From Candidatus Niyogibacteria bacterium (GTDB taxonomy: Bacteria > Patescibacteriota > Minisyncoccia > HO2-45-28), in NCBI GenBank assembly GCA_016432485.1, contig CP066691.1, forward strand, positions 77,466 through 141,465: DNA of 64,000 nucleotides, in the 5' to 3' direction. Positions 9,032-18,862 of the stretch are shown one piece after another. The notes under the pieces are model-generated. The model was not told the origin of the DNA and ran no database searches. It was given only the letters and a program-made list of their open reading frames with translations. Position 1 is the stretch's first letter; each line of letters begins with the position of its first letter. Both the position numbers and the translations under genes were made by a program.

Positions 9032-10264
9032 ATGCCAAAACAAAAGGAGATGTTGAATTTATTCAAGAAAATCAAGGCGGAATTTTTGGGGAAGAAAATC
9101 CTTTTGGTCGGCCTTGGATTGCAGGGCGGGGGAGAGGGTGTTGCGAAATTTCTTTTGAAAGCCGGATCTAAACTCACCATCACGGATTTACGTCCGAAAA
9201 AGGATTTCACCCGATTTTTAAAAAAGTTTGCCAAAAAAAGGGTAAAATTTATCTTCGGGCGTCATCGTTTTTCGGATTTTAAAGCATCCGATATCATCAT
9301 TAAAAATCCCGCCGTCTCCGAGGCCTCGCCTTTCATAAAATACGCCAGAAAAATCGGCAAGCCCGTTTTGACCGAAACCCAAATTTTTTTTGACCTCGTC
9401 CCCAGAGAAAAAATAATCGGCGTCACCGGCACCAAAGGCAAGACCACGACGGCCATGCTTCTGACACACCTGCTTAAAAGCCGTTTTAAAGTTGAACTGG
9501 TGGGAAATATTCCGGGGCGCTCGGCGCTTGAATCGCTTGCAGGTCTAAAAAAATTTCCCGACTTTTTTGTCTACGAACTTTCGAGTTTCAATCTGGAGGG
9601 GCTTCGCGTAAGCCCCAAATACGCGATTATCATCAACATTTTTCCCGACCATCTGAATCGTTATAAAAGTTTTAATGAATACAAAAAAGTTAAAAGCAAC
9701 ATTTTTAAATATCAAAAAAGGGGAGATTTTTTATGGTTTGAAAGAAAAAACAGCTTTTCTTCGGACATCGCCGGGAAAGTCGCCCTGTCTTTCGGGATAA
9801 GCGATAGAGAGGTAAAAAAACGCCTGAAATCCTTTAAGCCGGCCGAGGGACGCCTGGAGAATCTAGGAAAAATAAAAGGAGCGCTCCTGATAAACGATAC
9901 CACCTCCACTAACCCCGGCGCTACTCTTTTTGGCATAGCTCAAATTCAGAAACGCCTTAAGATTAAATCCCGGCGCGTTATTTTGATTGCCGGAGGAGAA
10001 AATAAAAAACTCAAATACGGCGAATTTTCAAAAAAAATCAAAGGGTTGAAGAAAGTTATTTTGATCCCTGGTTCCGCTTCAGACCTTATAAAAGGCAAGA
10101 ATATCTTGCGTGTTAAAACTCTTAAAGATGCGGTTAAAAAAGCGTTTGAAATCGCCAAGAAAGGAGATTCAATACTTTTTTCTCCCGCCTCCGCAAGTTT
10201 TAACGCTTTTAAAAATGAGTTTGAGCGCGGACGAGCTTTCAAAAAAATCGTAAAATCCCTATAA
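9032..10264 (+). CDS. murD: UDP-N-acetylmuramoylalanine--D-glutamate ligase
   Basis: GVTGTKGKTTTAML motif. Sits in the murD-ftsW-murG order. Confidence 0.85.
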   Translation: MPKQKEMLNLFKKIKAEFLGKKILLVGLGLQGGGEGVAKFLLKAGSKLTITDLRPKKDFTRFLKKFAKKRVKFIFGRHRFSDFKASDIIIKNPAVSEASPFIKYARKIGKPVLTETQIFFDLVPREKIIGVTGTKGKTTTAMLLTHLLKSRFKVELVGNIPGRSALESLAGLKKFPDFFVYELSSFNLEGLRVSPKYAIIINIFPDHLNRYKSFNEYKKVKSNIFKYQKRGDFLWFERKNSFSSDIAGKVALSFGISDREVKKRLKSFKPAEGRLENLGKIKGALLINDTTSTNPGATLFGIAQIQKRLKIKSRRVILIAGGENKKLKYGEFSKKIKGLKKVILIPGSASDLIKGKNILRVKTLKDAVKKAFEIAKKGDSILFSPASASFNAFKNEFERGRAFKKIVKSL

Positions 10265-10273
10265 TAAATTCAA

Positions 10274-11359
10274 ATGCCGAGAAAGCGGGATTCAATTCTT
10301 TTTGGTATAATTTTGGCTTTTGTCGCGGTTGGCGCGCTTGCTTTAATGTCGGCCTCGCTCGGGCTTTTTGAGGAAAGCTTATCTCCGTTCAAACTCATTT
10401 TACGTCAGCTCGTCTTGGGCCTCGGGCTGGGTTTTTTATTTTTTTATTTGGCCGATAAGGTTCACTACCGTTTTTGGCATAAAACCGCTTTTTGGATTTT
10501 TCTGGCCAGTTTAGCTCTGACTATTTTGGTGTTTGTGCCCGGCATAGGTTTTGAAAGCGGGGGAGCCAAGCGCTGGATAAGCTTCGGGCCTTTATTTATG
10601 CAGCCGTCAGAATTTTTAAAAATCGGCTTCGTAATATATCTGGCCGCCTGGCTTTCATCTCGCGGGCGAGAAGTCGGCTCAATGCAATTCGGAGCGGTTC
10701 CGATATTCGGAATGATACTCGCGATGTCCGCGATTTTTTTTAAACAGCCGGACTTGGGGACTCTGGGAGTGATTATCATCTCAAGTTTGCTTTTATTTTT
10801 TACCGCCGGCGGAAAATTAAAGCATCTTGGTCTGATGGGCGTTGTTATAATGGTTTTGCTGGCCGGGGCGTTTTATTTCAGGCCGTATTCTCTGGAGAGA
10901 ATACAGGTATTTTTAAACAGTGATTACGACCCGCAGGGCGCGGGTTACCAGGTGCGTCAGGCCTCCATCGCTTTTGGTTCCGGAGGAATTTTCGGCAAAG
11001 GTTTCGGCCAGGGACTGCAAAAATATAATTATCTTCCGGAGCCGACGGCGGATGCGATATTCGCGGTAATCGGAGAAGAATTCGGATTCGTCGGCGCCTC
11101 TTTTTTGGTGCTGCTTTTTATATTTTTTCTGTGGCGTTCAACCATTATTTTAAGGAGAACTCCTGATATTTTCGCTAGACTCCTTGGCTCCGGAATTGTT
11201 ATACTGATAGTTGTTCAGGCTTTTATAAATATGTCGGCTCTTACCGGTTTATTGCCGTTGACCGGCCTGACCCTTCCTTTTATGAGCCAGGGCGGATCGT
11301 CTTTGATCGCGCTGCTTGCGGCCGTCGGCGTTTTATCCAACATTTCAAAATATCGATAA
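10274..11359 (+). CDS. ftsW: FtsW/RodA/SpoVE family peptidoglycan glycosyltransferase (cell division)
   Basis: Polytopic membrane protein lying between murD and murG. Family motifs such as FGSGGIFGKGFGQG are present. Confidence 0.8.
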   Translation: MPRKRDSILFGIILAFVAVGALALMSASLGLFEESLSPFKLILRQLVLGLGLGFLFFYLADKVHYRFWHKTAFWIFLASLALTILVFVPGIGFESGGAKRWISFGPLFMQPSEFLKIGFVIYLAAWLSSRGREVGSMQFGAVPIFGMILAMSAIFFKQPDLGTLGVIIISSLLLFFTAGGKLKHLGLMGVVIMVLLAGAFYFRPYSLERIQVFLNSDYDPQGAGYQVRQASIAFGSGGIFGKGFGQGLQKYNYLPEPTADAIFAVIGEEFGFVGASFLVLLFIFFLWRSTIILRRTPDIFARLLGSGIVILIVVQAFINMSALTGLLPLTGLTLPFMSQGGSSLIALLAAVGVLSNISKYR

Positions 11360-11360
11360 T

Positions 11361-12491
11361 ATGAGAATTCTTTTGACCGGAGGGGGAACCGGAGGCCACT
11401 TTTTTCCGATAGTGGCCGTAATCCGCGCGCTTAAAAAAATGGCCGAATCCGAAAAATTTGTTGAAATGGAGCTAGTGTATCTTTCGGATAGTCCCTACGA
11501 CCTCGGCATTTTAAAAGAAGAGGGAGTGGAATTCATATCTGTTCCGGCTGGAAAAATCCGCCGTTACTTTTCCTTGTTTAATTTCACCGATTTATTTAAA
11601 ACCGCCTGGGGCATAATCCGCGCGATAATATACGTTTTTGGCAAGATGCCTGACGTTATTTTTGCTAAGGGAGGGTATGCCAGTTTTCCGGCCCTGATTG
11701 CGGCGAGGCTTTTTAAAATTCCGGTAATAATCCATGAATCGGATTCGGCGCCGGGCCGGGTTAACCGCTGGGCCGGATCTTTTGCCAAACGCATCGCTAT
11801 TTCGTTTCCGGAAAGCGCAAAATATTTTCCTTCCTCCAAAACGGCTTTAATCGGAAATCCGGTTCGGGAACGGATTTTGGGCGGGAACATTGAAGAGGCC
11901 CGGTCTATTTTTGGCTATGAAGATGTTCCGACCGTGCTGGTTCTTGGCGGTTCGCAGGGTTCTGCTAAATTAAACGATATTTTAATAGATATACTTCCCG
12001 AAATTTTAAAAGAAGCAAAAATTATCCATCAATGCGGTAAGAATAATTTTGACGATGTTTCCAAGAGGATCTCGGTGGTTTTGGGGCAGAATCAATTTAA
12101 AAACAGGTATAAACTTTTTGCCTTTTTAGATGAAAATATTTTGCGAAGCGCCGTTTTAGTGTCAAATTTAATTGTTTCGCGGGCGGGCGCCGGAGCGATA
12201 TATGAGATAGCCGCGTGGGGTAAGCCGTCTTTATTGATACCTCTTCATAATTCAGCCCAAGACCATCAGCGTCAAAATGCTTACGCTTACGCCCGAGCCG
12301 GCGGCGCTGCTCTGGTGGTTGAAGAAGAAAATCTGGCTCCGAATCTTCTTTTGGCTGAAATACGAAAATTATTAAGCGATAAGCCGCGGCTCGAAAGAAT
12401 GGCCCGGGCGGCTTCCAATTTCGCCAAAATTGACGCCGCCGAAATCCTGGCGCGCCAGATTATATTATTGGCTTTGGAACATGTAAGATAA
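11361..12491 (+). CDS. murG: UDP-GlcNAc--MurNAc-pentapeptide undecaprenol GlcNAc transferase
   Basis: MRILLTGGGTGGHFFPIVAV N-terminus. Start chosen at ATG 11361, just after the ftsW stop. Confidence 0.85.
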   Translation: MRILLTGGGTGGHFFPIVAVIRALKKMAESEKFVEMELVYLSDSPYDLGILKEEGVEFISVPAGKIRRYFSLFNFTDLFKTAWGIIRAIIYVFGKMPDVIFAKGGYASFPALIAARLFKIPVIIHESDSAPGRVNRWAGSFAKRIAISFPESAKYFPSSKTALIGNPVRERILGGNIEEARSIFGYEDVPTVLVLGGSQGSAKLNDILIDILPEILKEAKIIHQCGKNNFDDVSKRISVVLGQNQFKNRYKLFAFLDENILRSAVLVSNLIVSRAGAGAIYEIAAWGKPSLLIPLHNSAQDHQRQNAYAYARAGGAALVVEEENLAPNLLLAEIRKLLSDKPRLERMARAASNFAKIDAAEILARQIILLALEHVR

Positions 12492-12494
12492 ATT

Positions 12495-12539
12495 AACCTA
12501 ATTTCTAATTAACCTAATTCACCTAAAATATTCAATTTC
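12495..12539 (+). promoter_or_regulatory. Upstream region of gltX containing TAATTTCTAATTA and repeated AACCTAATT motifs
   Basis: taaattaacctaatttctaattaacctaattcacctaaaatattcaatttcATG. The TAATTTCTAATT 12-mer recurs at 15608 and 34143. Confidence 0.35.
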
Positions 12540-13979
12540 ATGATTCGCACTCGCATAGCGCCTTCTCCAACCGGAACTTTGCATTTGGGCACAGCTAGAT
12601 CCGCTCTTTTTAATTTTATTTTCGCGCGTCAGCGCCGCGGGAAGTTTATTTTAAGAATAGAGGACACTGATTTGGAACGATCCGATCCGGTTTTTGAAAA
12701 AGACATACAGGAAGGATTAAAGTGGCTCGGACTAAATTGGGACGAGTTTTATCGCCAGTCTGACCGATTAGACCTGTACGAAAATTATTTGAAAAAACTT
12801 TTGGAGCGCGGTTTGATTTTTTGGTGTCCTCATTCCGAAGAGGAATTGGCCGCTGAACGTCAAGAACAGGCGTTAAGAAAAGAAGTATTGCGCCACTTTT
12901 GTCCATATCGTGACGGTTCGGCCGACAGCCGGGGCGGTAAAAGCATTTTAAGGTTTAAAAATGATGTTAAGGAAACAATAGTTTTTAATGATTTAATCCG
13001 CGGGAAAATAAGTTTTGACGGCCAAATCCTGGGGGATTTTTCAGTGGCTAAAAATATGCGCAACCCTCTGTATAATTTCGCGGTGGTGGTGGATGATTAT
13101 GAAATGGCGATATCGCATGTCATACGAGGAGAAGACCATATTTCAAACACGCCCAGGCAGATTATTTTGCAGGACGCCCTGGATTTTAAACGTCCCGAAT
13201 ACGCTCATCTGCCTTTAATTTTGGGCCAAGACCGTTCAAAACTTTCCAAGCGCCATGGCGCTACGTCCGTACTGGAGTATAAAAAATCAGGATATCTGGC
13301 CGAGGCAATGATAAATTTTATGATTCTCTTGGGTTGGCATCCCGCATCTTTGTCTGCGGCAAAGGCGCGGGACAAGTCTCTGGAAAAAGAAAAGGAAGTT
13401 TTTACAACGGATGAAATTATTGAACAATTTTCATTGCAGCGCGTTCAAAAGGGCGGAGCCGTTTTTGATATTGATAAGCTTAATTGGCTGAACCATTTGT
13501 ACATAAAAAAAATGGAAATAAAAGACCTGGCTGAAATACTGAAACATTTTGCCGGAGAACTTGGCCAAAAAATTGAAGCTGATTTTGAAAAATGGTTAAA
13601 AATAACTTCTTTGATGCGGGATCGCCTGACCGTTTTAAACGAGGTAGGGGAGTCGGCCGAATATTTTTACAATGAACCGTATTATCCGAGAGAACTTCTT
13701 TTTTGGAAAGAAAATCAGCCCGCCGAAAATATTTTGCGACATTTAAAACATATCTACAAAACACTGTTAGATATCAAAAAATGGCAAAAAGAAAATCTTG
13801 AAAATAAACTTATGCCCTATGCCGATGAAGCCGGCCGGGGAGAAGTTTTATGGCCCTTGAGGGCGGCTCTTTCCGGAAAACGCGCGTCAGCCGGTCCGTT
13901 TGAGATTGCTGAAATTTTAGGCAAAAACGAATCGCTCAGGCGCGTTGAAAAAGCAATTAAAATTATTGAGCAAATATGA
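12540..13979 (+). CDS. gltX: Glutamyl-tRNA synthetase
   Basis: MIRTRIAPSPTGTLHLGTAR (HIGH motif) and KLSKRHG (KMSKS-like). Confidence 0.9.
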   Translation: MIRTRIAPSPTGTLHLGTARSALFNFIFARQRRGKFILRIEDTDLERSDPVFEKDIQEGLKWLGLNWDEFYRQSDRLDLYENYLKKLLERGLIFWCPHSEEELAAERQEQALRKEVLRHFCPYRDGSADSRGGKSILRFKNDVKETIVFNDLIRGKISFDGQILGDFSVAKNMRNPLYNFAVVVDDYEMAISHVIRGEDHISNTPRQIILQDALDFKRPEYAHLPLILGQDRSKLSKRHGATSVLEYKKSGYLAEAMINFMILLGWHPASLSAAKARDKSLEKEKEVFTTDEIIEQFSLQRVQKGGAVFDIDKLNWLNHLYIKKMEIKDLAEILKHFAGELGQKIEADFEKWLKITSLMRDRLTVLNEVGESAEYFYNEPYYPRELLFWKENQPAENILRHLKHIYKTLLDIKKWQKENLENKLMPYADEAGRGEVLWPLRAALSGKRASAGPFEIAEILGKNESLRRVEKAIKIIEQI

Positions 13980-15214
13980 ATTTACGGCTCGTTTTTTTAA
14001 TTCCGCTGGTTTTGGGGCCATTTATTGTTTTCGGGGCTGATCTTGACGAGTTGCGTTTCCAGATTTCCGAGAAAAATAAGCAGATAGCGGAGCTTGAAAA
14101 GGAAATTTCCGAATTTCAGCAGGAAATAGAAAAAACTTCCGAGGAAGCCGATTCGCTTAAAAATCAGATTAACGCTTTCACTGCCACGATTTCCAAATTA
14201 TCCAGGGAGATAAGCGTGGCCCAGAGAAAAATTGAGACGGCCGAACTTAGTCTGGAAGAACTTGGAATTCAGATTGCCGGCAAAGCTTCTTCCATAGATC
14301 AATTTAAAGATTCGCTCGCCGAAATTATCAGAAATATGGACGAATTGGAGTCCCAAAGTTTAGTGGAAATAATGCTGGCCCACGCTTCGCTGTCTAATTT
14401 TTTCAGCGACGTGGATTATATTGAAAATCTTAGCTCTGAAATGGAAATTCGCCTGGCCGAGTTGAAATCGGCTAAATCTGAGCTTGAATCCGAGAAGAAC
14501 AAAAAAGAAGAATTGCGCGCCCAGTTGCGGGACTTGCAATCCGAATTTAACGCGCGTAAGTCTATTGAAGAAAACGCGCGCCGTCAAAAAAACGACTTGC
14601 TAAAAATTACTCAAAATAAAGAAGCGGAATATCAGGAACTTTTGAAAGATCGCGAAGCTCAAAGAGAAGCCGTGCTGAATGAGATACAGGAAATAGAAGA
14701 CGAGTTGAGGAAGCTTATTGATCCGGAATCGCTTCCGGAGGCGCGCGAAGGTGTTCTTGCCTGGCCGATTAAAGGAGCCGTGCTTACTCAAAGCTACGGA
14801 GTTACTCCTTATTCAGAGATACTATATAACGGCAAACCGCATAATGGCATAGATATTCGGGCGCAGATTGGGACTCCGGTTTACGCGGCCGAAGACGGAA
14901 TAGTTATGAAAATAGGCGATACGGATGCTTTCCCCCGCTGTCTTTCATACGGGAAATGGGTTCTCATTAAACATCCGAATAATCTGGCAACCTTGTACGC
15001 GCATCTTTCTTTGATAAAGGTCAATAATAATGACATAATTAAAAGGGGAGAGCTTATGGGCTATTCCGGGGACACGGGATACGCGACAGGACCACACCTT
15101 CATTTTACGGTGTACGATGCCAATACGGTCGAATTCAGGCCTTCCAGCTTGCCTAAAAGCACCTGTAAGCTCCTGCCTTTTGGCGGCTATTTAAACCCCA
15201 TGGCTTATTTATAA
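13976..15214 (+). CDS. M23 family metallopeptidase with N-terminal coiled-coil (EnvC-like)
   Basis: Long coiled-coil N-terminus. C-terminal HNGIDI…GTPVYAAEDG…HLHF M23 motifs. Confidence 0.75.
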   Translation: MNLRLVFLIPLVLGPFIVFGADLDELRFQISEKNKQIAELEKEISEFQQEIEKTSEEADSLKNQINAFTATISKLSREISVAQRKIETAELSLEELGIQIAGKASSIDQFKDSLAEIIRNMDELESQSLVEIMLAHASLSNFFSDVDYIENLSSEMEIRLAELKSAKSELESEKNKKEELRAQLRDLQSEFNARKSIEENARRQKNDLLKITQNKEAEYQELLKDREAQREAVLNEIQEIEDELRKLIDPESLPEAREGVLAWPIKGAVLTQSYGVTPYSEILYNGKPHNGIDIRAQIGTPVYAAEDGIVMKIGDTDAFPRCLSYGKWVLIKHPNNLATLYAHLSLIKVNNNDIIKRGELMGYSGDTGYATGPHLHFTVYDANTVEFRPSSLPKSTCKLLPFGGYLNPMAYL

Positions 15215-15224
15215 TTTTTATATA

Positions 15225-15518
15225 ATGCCCGATAAAAAAAATAAAAAACAGGGTTTTATACAGTTGTTGGTCATTTTGGCGCTGGTAGTCATAATTTTAA
15301 GTTTGCTCGGGGTATCGCTGTCCGCACTTTTTCAGAACAAGGTTTTAAGAGAAAATTTCTCGTTTATCGGAAATATTTTTGACGCGATTTGGAATAGCTG
15401 GCTTGGACGCATAGTTAATGTCGTTTGGAATTTTGCCTATAATTTTTTCACGGATTTTATCTGGGGCGCTTTTATTGACGCGATGAACGCCATTAAGGCC
15501 GGCAAAAACCCTATTTAA
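15225..15518 (+). CDS. Hypothetical small membrane protein
   Basis: ORF with one TM helix. No similarity recognised. Confidence 0.3.
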   Translation: MPDKKNKKQGFIQLLVILALVVIILSLLGVSLSALFQNKVLRENFSFIGNIFDAIWNSWLGRIVNVVWNFAYNFFTDFIWGAFIDAMNAIKAGKNPI

Positions 15519-15589
15519 GTATAAATAGGTCGGAAAAGGTATCTTGGGCGACCTACTCTATATTGTCCCCCGTCAATTAGAGCTAACCA

Positions 15590-15652
15590 AATAAAATTAT
15601 TCTAATTTCTAATTGCTCTAATTATTCTAATCAATTAGAATAATTAGAAATT
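15590..15652. promoter_or_regulatory. Array of TTCTAATT/AATTAGAA 8-mers forming overlapping palindromes (includes the perfect IR ttattctaat-ca-attagaataa) immediately upstream of the nuclease gene
   Basis: taaaattattctaatttctaattgctctaattattctaatcaattagaataattagaaattATG, read directly. Confidence 0.5.
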
Positions 15653-16837
15653 ATGAGAATCTCATATTCGGCCATAGACACATATAAAACCTGCCCGCTT
15701 AAATATAAGTATTCCGAGATTGATAAGATTAAAGCTCCAAAATCTCGCGAGGCTGTTTTTGGAACGGCCCTGCATTCAGCGCTTCGGTTTATGTTTTTGC
15801 GCGATCCTCTGTACCCCGCTCTTGACGAAGTGATTAATTTTTATCGCGAAGAGTGGGCTAGAGTCCGCGAGAGAGTCAGCTGGCCGGACGCGGGGAGCGA
15901 AAAAATTTTAAACGAACACGGAATAAAAATTCTTGAAAAATTTTATAAGAAAAACCTGCCGTGGAATTTTAACGTTCTGGATCTGGAGTCAAGGTTTGAA
16001 CTGCCGATAAAAGACGAATCAACCGGCGAAACGCACACGCTTTCAGGGATTATTGACCGCATAGATAAGCCGGACGACGAAACTTACGAAATAGTGGATT
16101 ACAAAACAGGCAAACGGCTCCCCTCTCAGGAAACTCTTGACCGCAATCTTCAACTCTCCATTTATCATCTGGGACTTTTAAATCGCTGGCCGCATATTTC
16201 AGGCAAAAAAATCCGTTTAACTCTCAATTATCTTCCGCACGGCGAAAATATAAGTACTGAAAGATCTTTGGATGACCTGGAAAAAACTAAAAACAGCGTT
16301 CTTGAAACTATACGAGAAATTGAAAAACGTAAAAATAAAAATAATGATTTTGAGCCTTCCCCGTCCCCTCTTTGCGATTGGTGCGGATATAAGCCGATAT
16401 GTCCTGTCTGGAGACATTTATACGAGAAAGATAAATCCTCTGCTCCGGACGAAGAAAAGATAAAAGAGATAATCGCGGAATATTTTAAGCTGAAAGACGA
16501 ATCAAAAGATACTTCAAGCCGCGTCAAGGAATTGCAGGCGGAGCTGGCCGATTATATGCGCCAAAAAAATGTTTTGCGTCTTTTTGGCGAAGAGGGCTTT
16601 GTGTCAAAAACCATTAAAACAGTTAAAAAATATGATTTAGTAAAAGCTGAGGCTATTTTGCGCCCGATCGGAAAATGGCAGAATGTTCTTAAAGCCGATG
16701 AAAAAAAACTTGAAGAGCTTTTATCTTCCCTGCCTTTGGATACGGTCGGGAAGATAAACGAGGCCGCGACCATAAAAACATCTGAATTTTTGACGGCAAC
16801 CAGGAAAAAGATTCCAAACCCACTTTTCCCCGTTTAA
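15653..16837 (+). CDS. PD-(D/E)XK nuclease family protein (RecB/Cas4-like, with C-terminal Cys cluster)
   Basis: IIDRIDKPDDETYEIVDYKTGKR nuclease core and CDWCGYKPICP Cys motif. Confidence 0.65.
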   Translation: MRISYSAIDTYKTCPLKYKYSEIDKIKAPKSREAVFGTALHSALRFMFLRDPLYPALDEVINFYREEWARVRERVSWPDAGSEKILNEHGIKILEKFYKKNLPWNFNVLDLESRFELPIKDESTGETHTLSGIIDRIDKPDDETYEIVDYKTGKRLPSQETLDRNLQLSIYHLGLLNRWPHISGKKIRLTLNYLPHGENISTERSLDDLEKTKNSVLETIREIEKRKNKNNDFEPSPSPLCDWCGYKPICPVWRHLYEKDKSSAPDEEKIKEIIAEYFKLKDESKDTSSRVKELQAELADYMRQKNVLRLFGEEGFVSKTIKTVKKYDLVKAEAILRPIGKWQNVLKADEKKLEELLSSLPLDTVGKINEAATIKTSEFLTATRKKIPNPLFPV

Positions 16838-16911
16838 TCCACCATTTTACGTTTTTTTAACCTCTCGGCAGTTTGACCTTCTGCCATTTATTTTGCTAAA
16901 ATTTACCCATA

Positions 16912-18252
16912 ATGCCGGATATAGCCCGTATTCCTCCCCAAAATCTTGAAGCCGAGATGTCTGCGCTTGGCGCTTTGATGCTTGACGCTAATGCCGCGTT
17001 TAAAGTTATTGATTATCTGCGCCCCAAAGATTTTTATCGTCCGAATAATAAAACGATATACGAAACAATTCTCGAACTTATTGAGAAAAGAGAACCCGTT
17101 GATATGGTTTCGATCGCAAACCGCCTTCAGGAAAAAAACAATCTGGAAGCCGTCGGCGGGAAAGCCTATTTGACCGATCTTGTTAATTCAATTCCCACGG
17201 CCGCCAACATAGGCCATTACGCGGAAATCGTCCACAAAAAAGGCGTGATGCGTGAATTGTTGGAGGCTTCCCAGCATATAAACGATCTGGGATATAAAGA
17301 GGAAGAAAGCGTTGATTATCTGCTTGACGAAGCCGAGCGCAAAATTTTCTCCATTTCTCAAGCTTCTTTAAAACAGCGGTTCGTTTCTGTGGGGTCGGCT
17401 TTGGGTGAGGCTTGGGAGAGAATAGACCGCCTGCATAAAAATAAAGGAGAATTGCGCGGAGTGCCCACCGGTTTTGCCGATCTGGATAATATTCTTTCCG
17501 GGTTCCAGTCTTCTGATCTCATAGTTCTTGCCTCCAGGCCCTCGCTTGGAAAAACTTCTTTGGCTTTGGATATTGCCCGAAACGCCGCGACAAAGCATAA
17601 TGTTCCGGTAGGCATTTTTTCGCTTGAAATGTCGGCACAGGATTTGATTGACCGTTTTATCGTTGCCGATGCCGATATTGATTTATGGAAATTAAGAACC
17701 GGCCGGCTTTCCGAGGAAAGCGATGATTTCGCTAAAATCGGTTCGGCTCTTGAAAGGCTTTCCAAGGCCCCTATTTTTATTGATGACGAGGCCTCAAACA
17801 ATATTTTACAAATGCGGGCCATGGCCAGGCGTCTGCAGGCCGACAAAGGTCTCGGTTTAATAGTGGTTGATTACCTCCAGCTGATGCAGCCGAGAGTCCA
17901 AAGCGATAATATGGTTCAGCAGATAACCGAAATATCCCGTTCGCTTAAAGCTTTAGCCAAAGAATTGAACGTTCCGGTTTTGGCCTTGTCCCAGCTTTCA
18001 CGGGCCGTCGAACAGCGTCACCCGCCAGTCCCCCGTCTTTCGGATTTACGCGATTCGGGGAGTATAGAACAAGATGCGGACGTTGTTATGTTTATTTATC
18101 GCGAGGATAAATATAAGCAATCAAGCGAACGGCAAAATCAGGCCGATATTTTGATTCAAAAACATAGAAACGGTCCTTTGGGCCAAGTAACCCTTTATTT
18201 CAATCAGCATAAAACCAGTTTTTCAAGTTTTGCCAAGGGAGGGGGATATTAA
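16912..18252 (+). CDS. dnaB: Replicative DNA helicase
   Basis: N-terminal PPQNLEAEMSALGALML; Walker A SRPSLGKTSLAL; RecA-like C-terminal domain. Confidence 0.9.
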   Translation: MPDIARIPPQNLEAEMSALGALMLDANAAFKVIDYLRPKDFYRPNNKTIYETILELIEKREPVDMVSIANRLQEKNNLEAVGGKAYLTDLVNSIPTAANIGHYAEIVHKKGVMRELLEASQHINDLGYKEEESVDYLLDEAERKIFSISQASLKQRFVSVGSALGEAWERIDRLHKNKGELRGVPTGFADLDNILSGFQSSDLIVLASRPSLGKTSLALDIARNAATKHNVPVGIFSLEMSAQDLIDRFIVADADIDLWKLRTGRLSEESDDFAKIGSALERLSKAPIFIDDEASNNILQMRAMARRLQADKGLGLIVVDYLQLMQPRVQSDNMVQQITEISRSLKALAKELNVPVLALSQLSRAVEQRHPPVPRLSDLRDSGSIEQDADVVMFIYREDKYKQSSERQNQADILIQKHRNGPLGQVTLYFNQHKTSFSSFAKGGGY

Positions 18253-18256
18253 AATT

Positions 18257-18862
18257 ATGAGACCCCAAGTTGTTGAGAAATTAACCAGAATTTTTTCCAT
18301 GATGCCCGGTATAGGTCTTAGGCAGGCGTCTCGTTTTGCCTACTGGCTTGTGGATGCCGATAAATCCCTTGTAGAAGGCCTAAAATTGGCCCTAGACGAG
18401 CTGAAAAGCGTTAAAAGGTGCGATACCTGCTTTAGGGCCTATTCAGGGCAAAATTCCTGTTCCATATGCTTGGATGGCTTAAGGGACGATTCTAAGGTCG
18501 CGGTGGTTGAAAAAGACACGGATTTGGAGGCGATGGAAAAATCAGGGATTTATGACGGCCGTTACCATGTTTTGGGCGGGCTTTTATCAGTGCTTGACGC
18601 TCAAAGCCGAGATCGGCTGCGTCTGAAAGAGATTTTCAGCCGTATAAAGAAAGACGGTAGTATTCGGGAGGTTATTCTTGCTTTAAGCGTTACGCCCGAG
18701 GGCGAATTCAGTTCGCGTTACATTGAAAAAATTTTAGAGCCGCTGGCATCTTCCGGGCGCGAAATAAAAATAACGCGGCTCGGCCGCGGGCTTTCGTCCG
18801 GCGCCGAACTCGAATATTTAAATAAAGAAACGCTTAAAAACGCCTTAGAAAACAGGAAATGA
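18257..18862 (+). CDS. recR: Recombination protein RecR
   Basis: MMPGIGLRQASRFAYWL HhH, CxxC…CxxC zinc finger (CDTCFRAYSGQNSCSIC), Toprim. Confidence 0.85.
   Translation: MRPQVVEKLTRIFSMMPGIGLRQASRFAYWLVDADKSLVEGLKLALDELKSVKRCDTCFRAYSGQNSCSICLDGLRDDSKVAVVEKDTDLEAMEKSGIYDGRYHVLGGLLSVLDAQSRDRLRLKEIFSRIKKDGSIREVILALSVTPEGEFSSRYIEKILEPLASSGREIKITRLGRGLSSGAELEYLNKETLKNALENRK

Noticed and set aside
12492-12539. Considered the aacctaatt direct repeats upstream of gltX as a T-box leader
   Set aside because: The region is far too short (about 48 nt) for a T-box and has no specifier or antiterminator structure. It was kept only as a motif observation.
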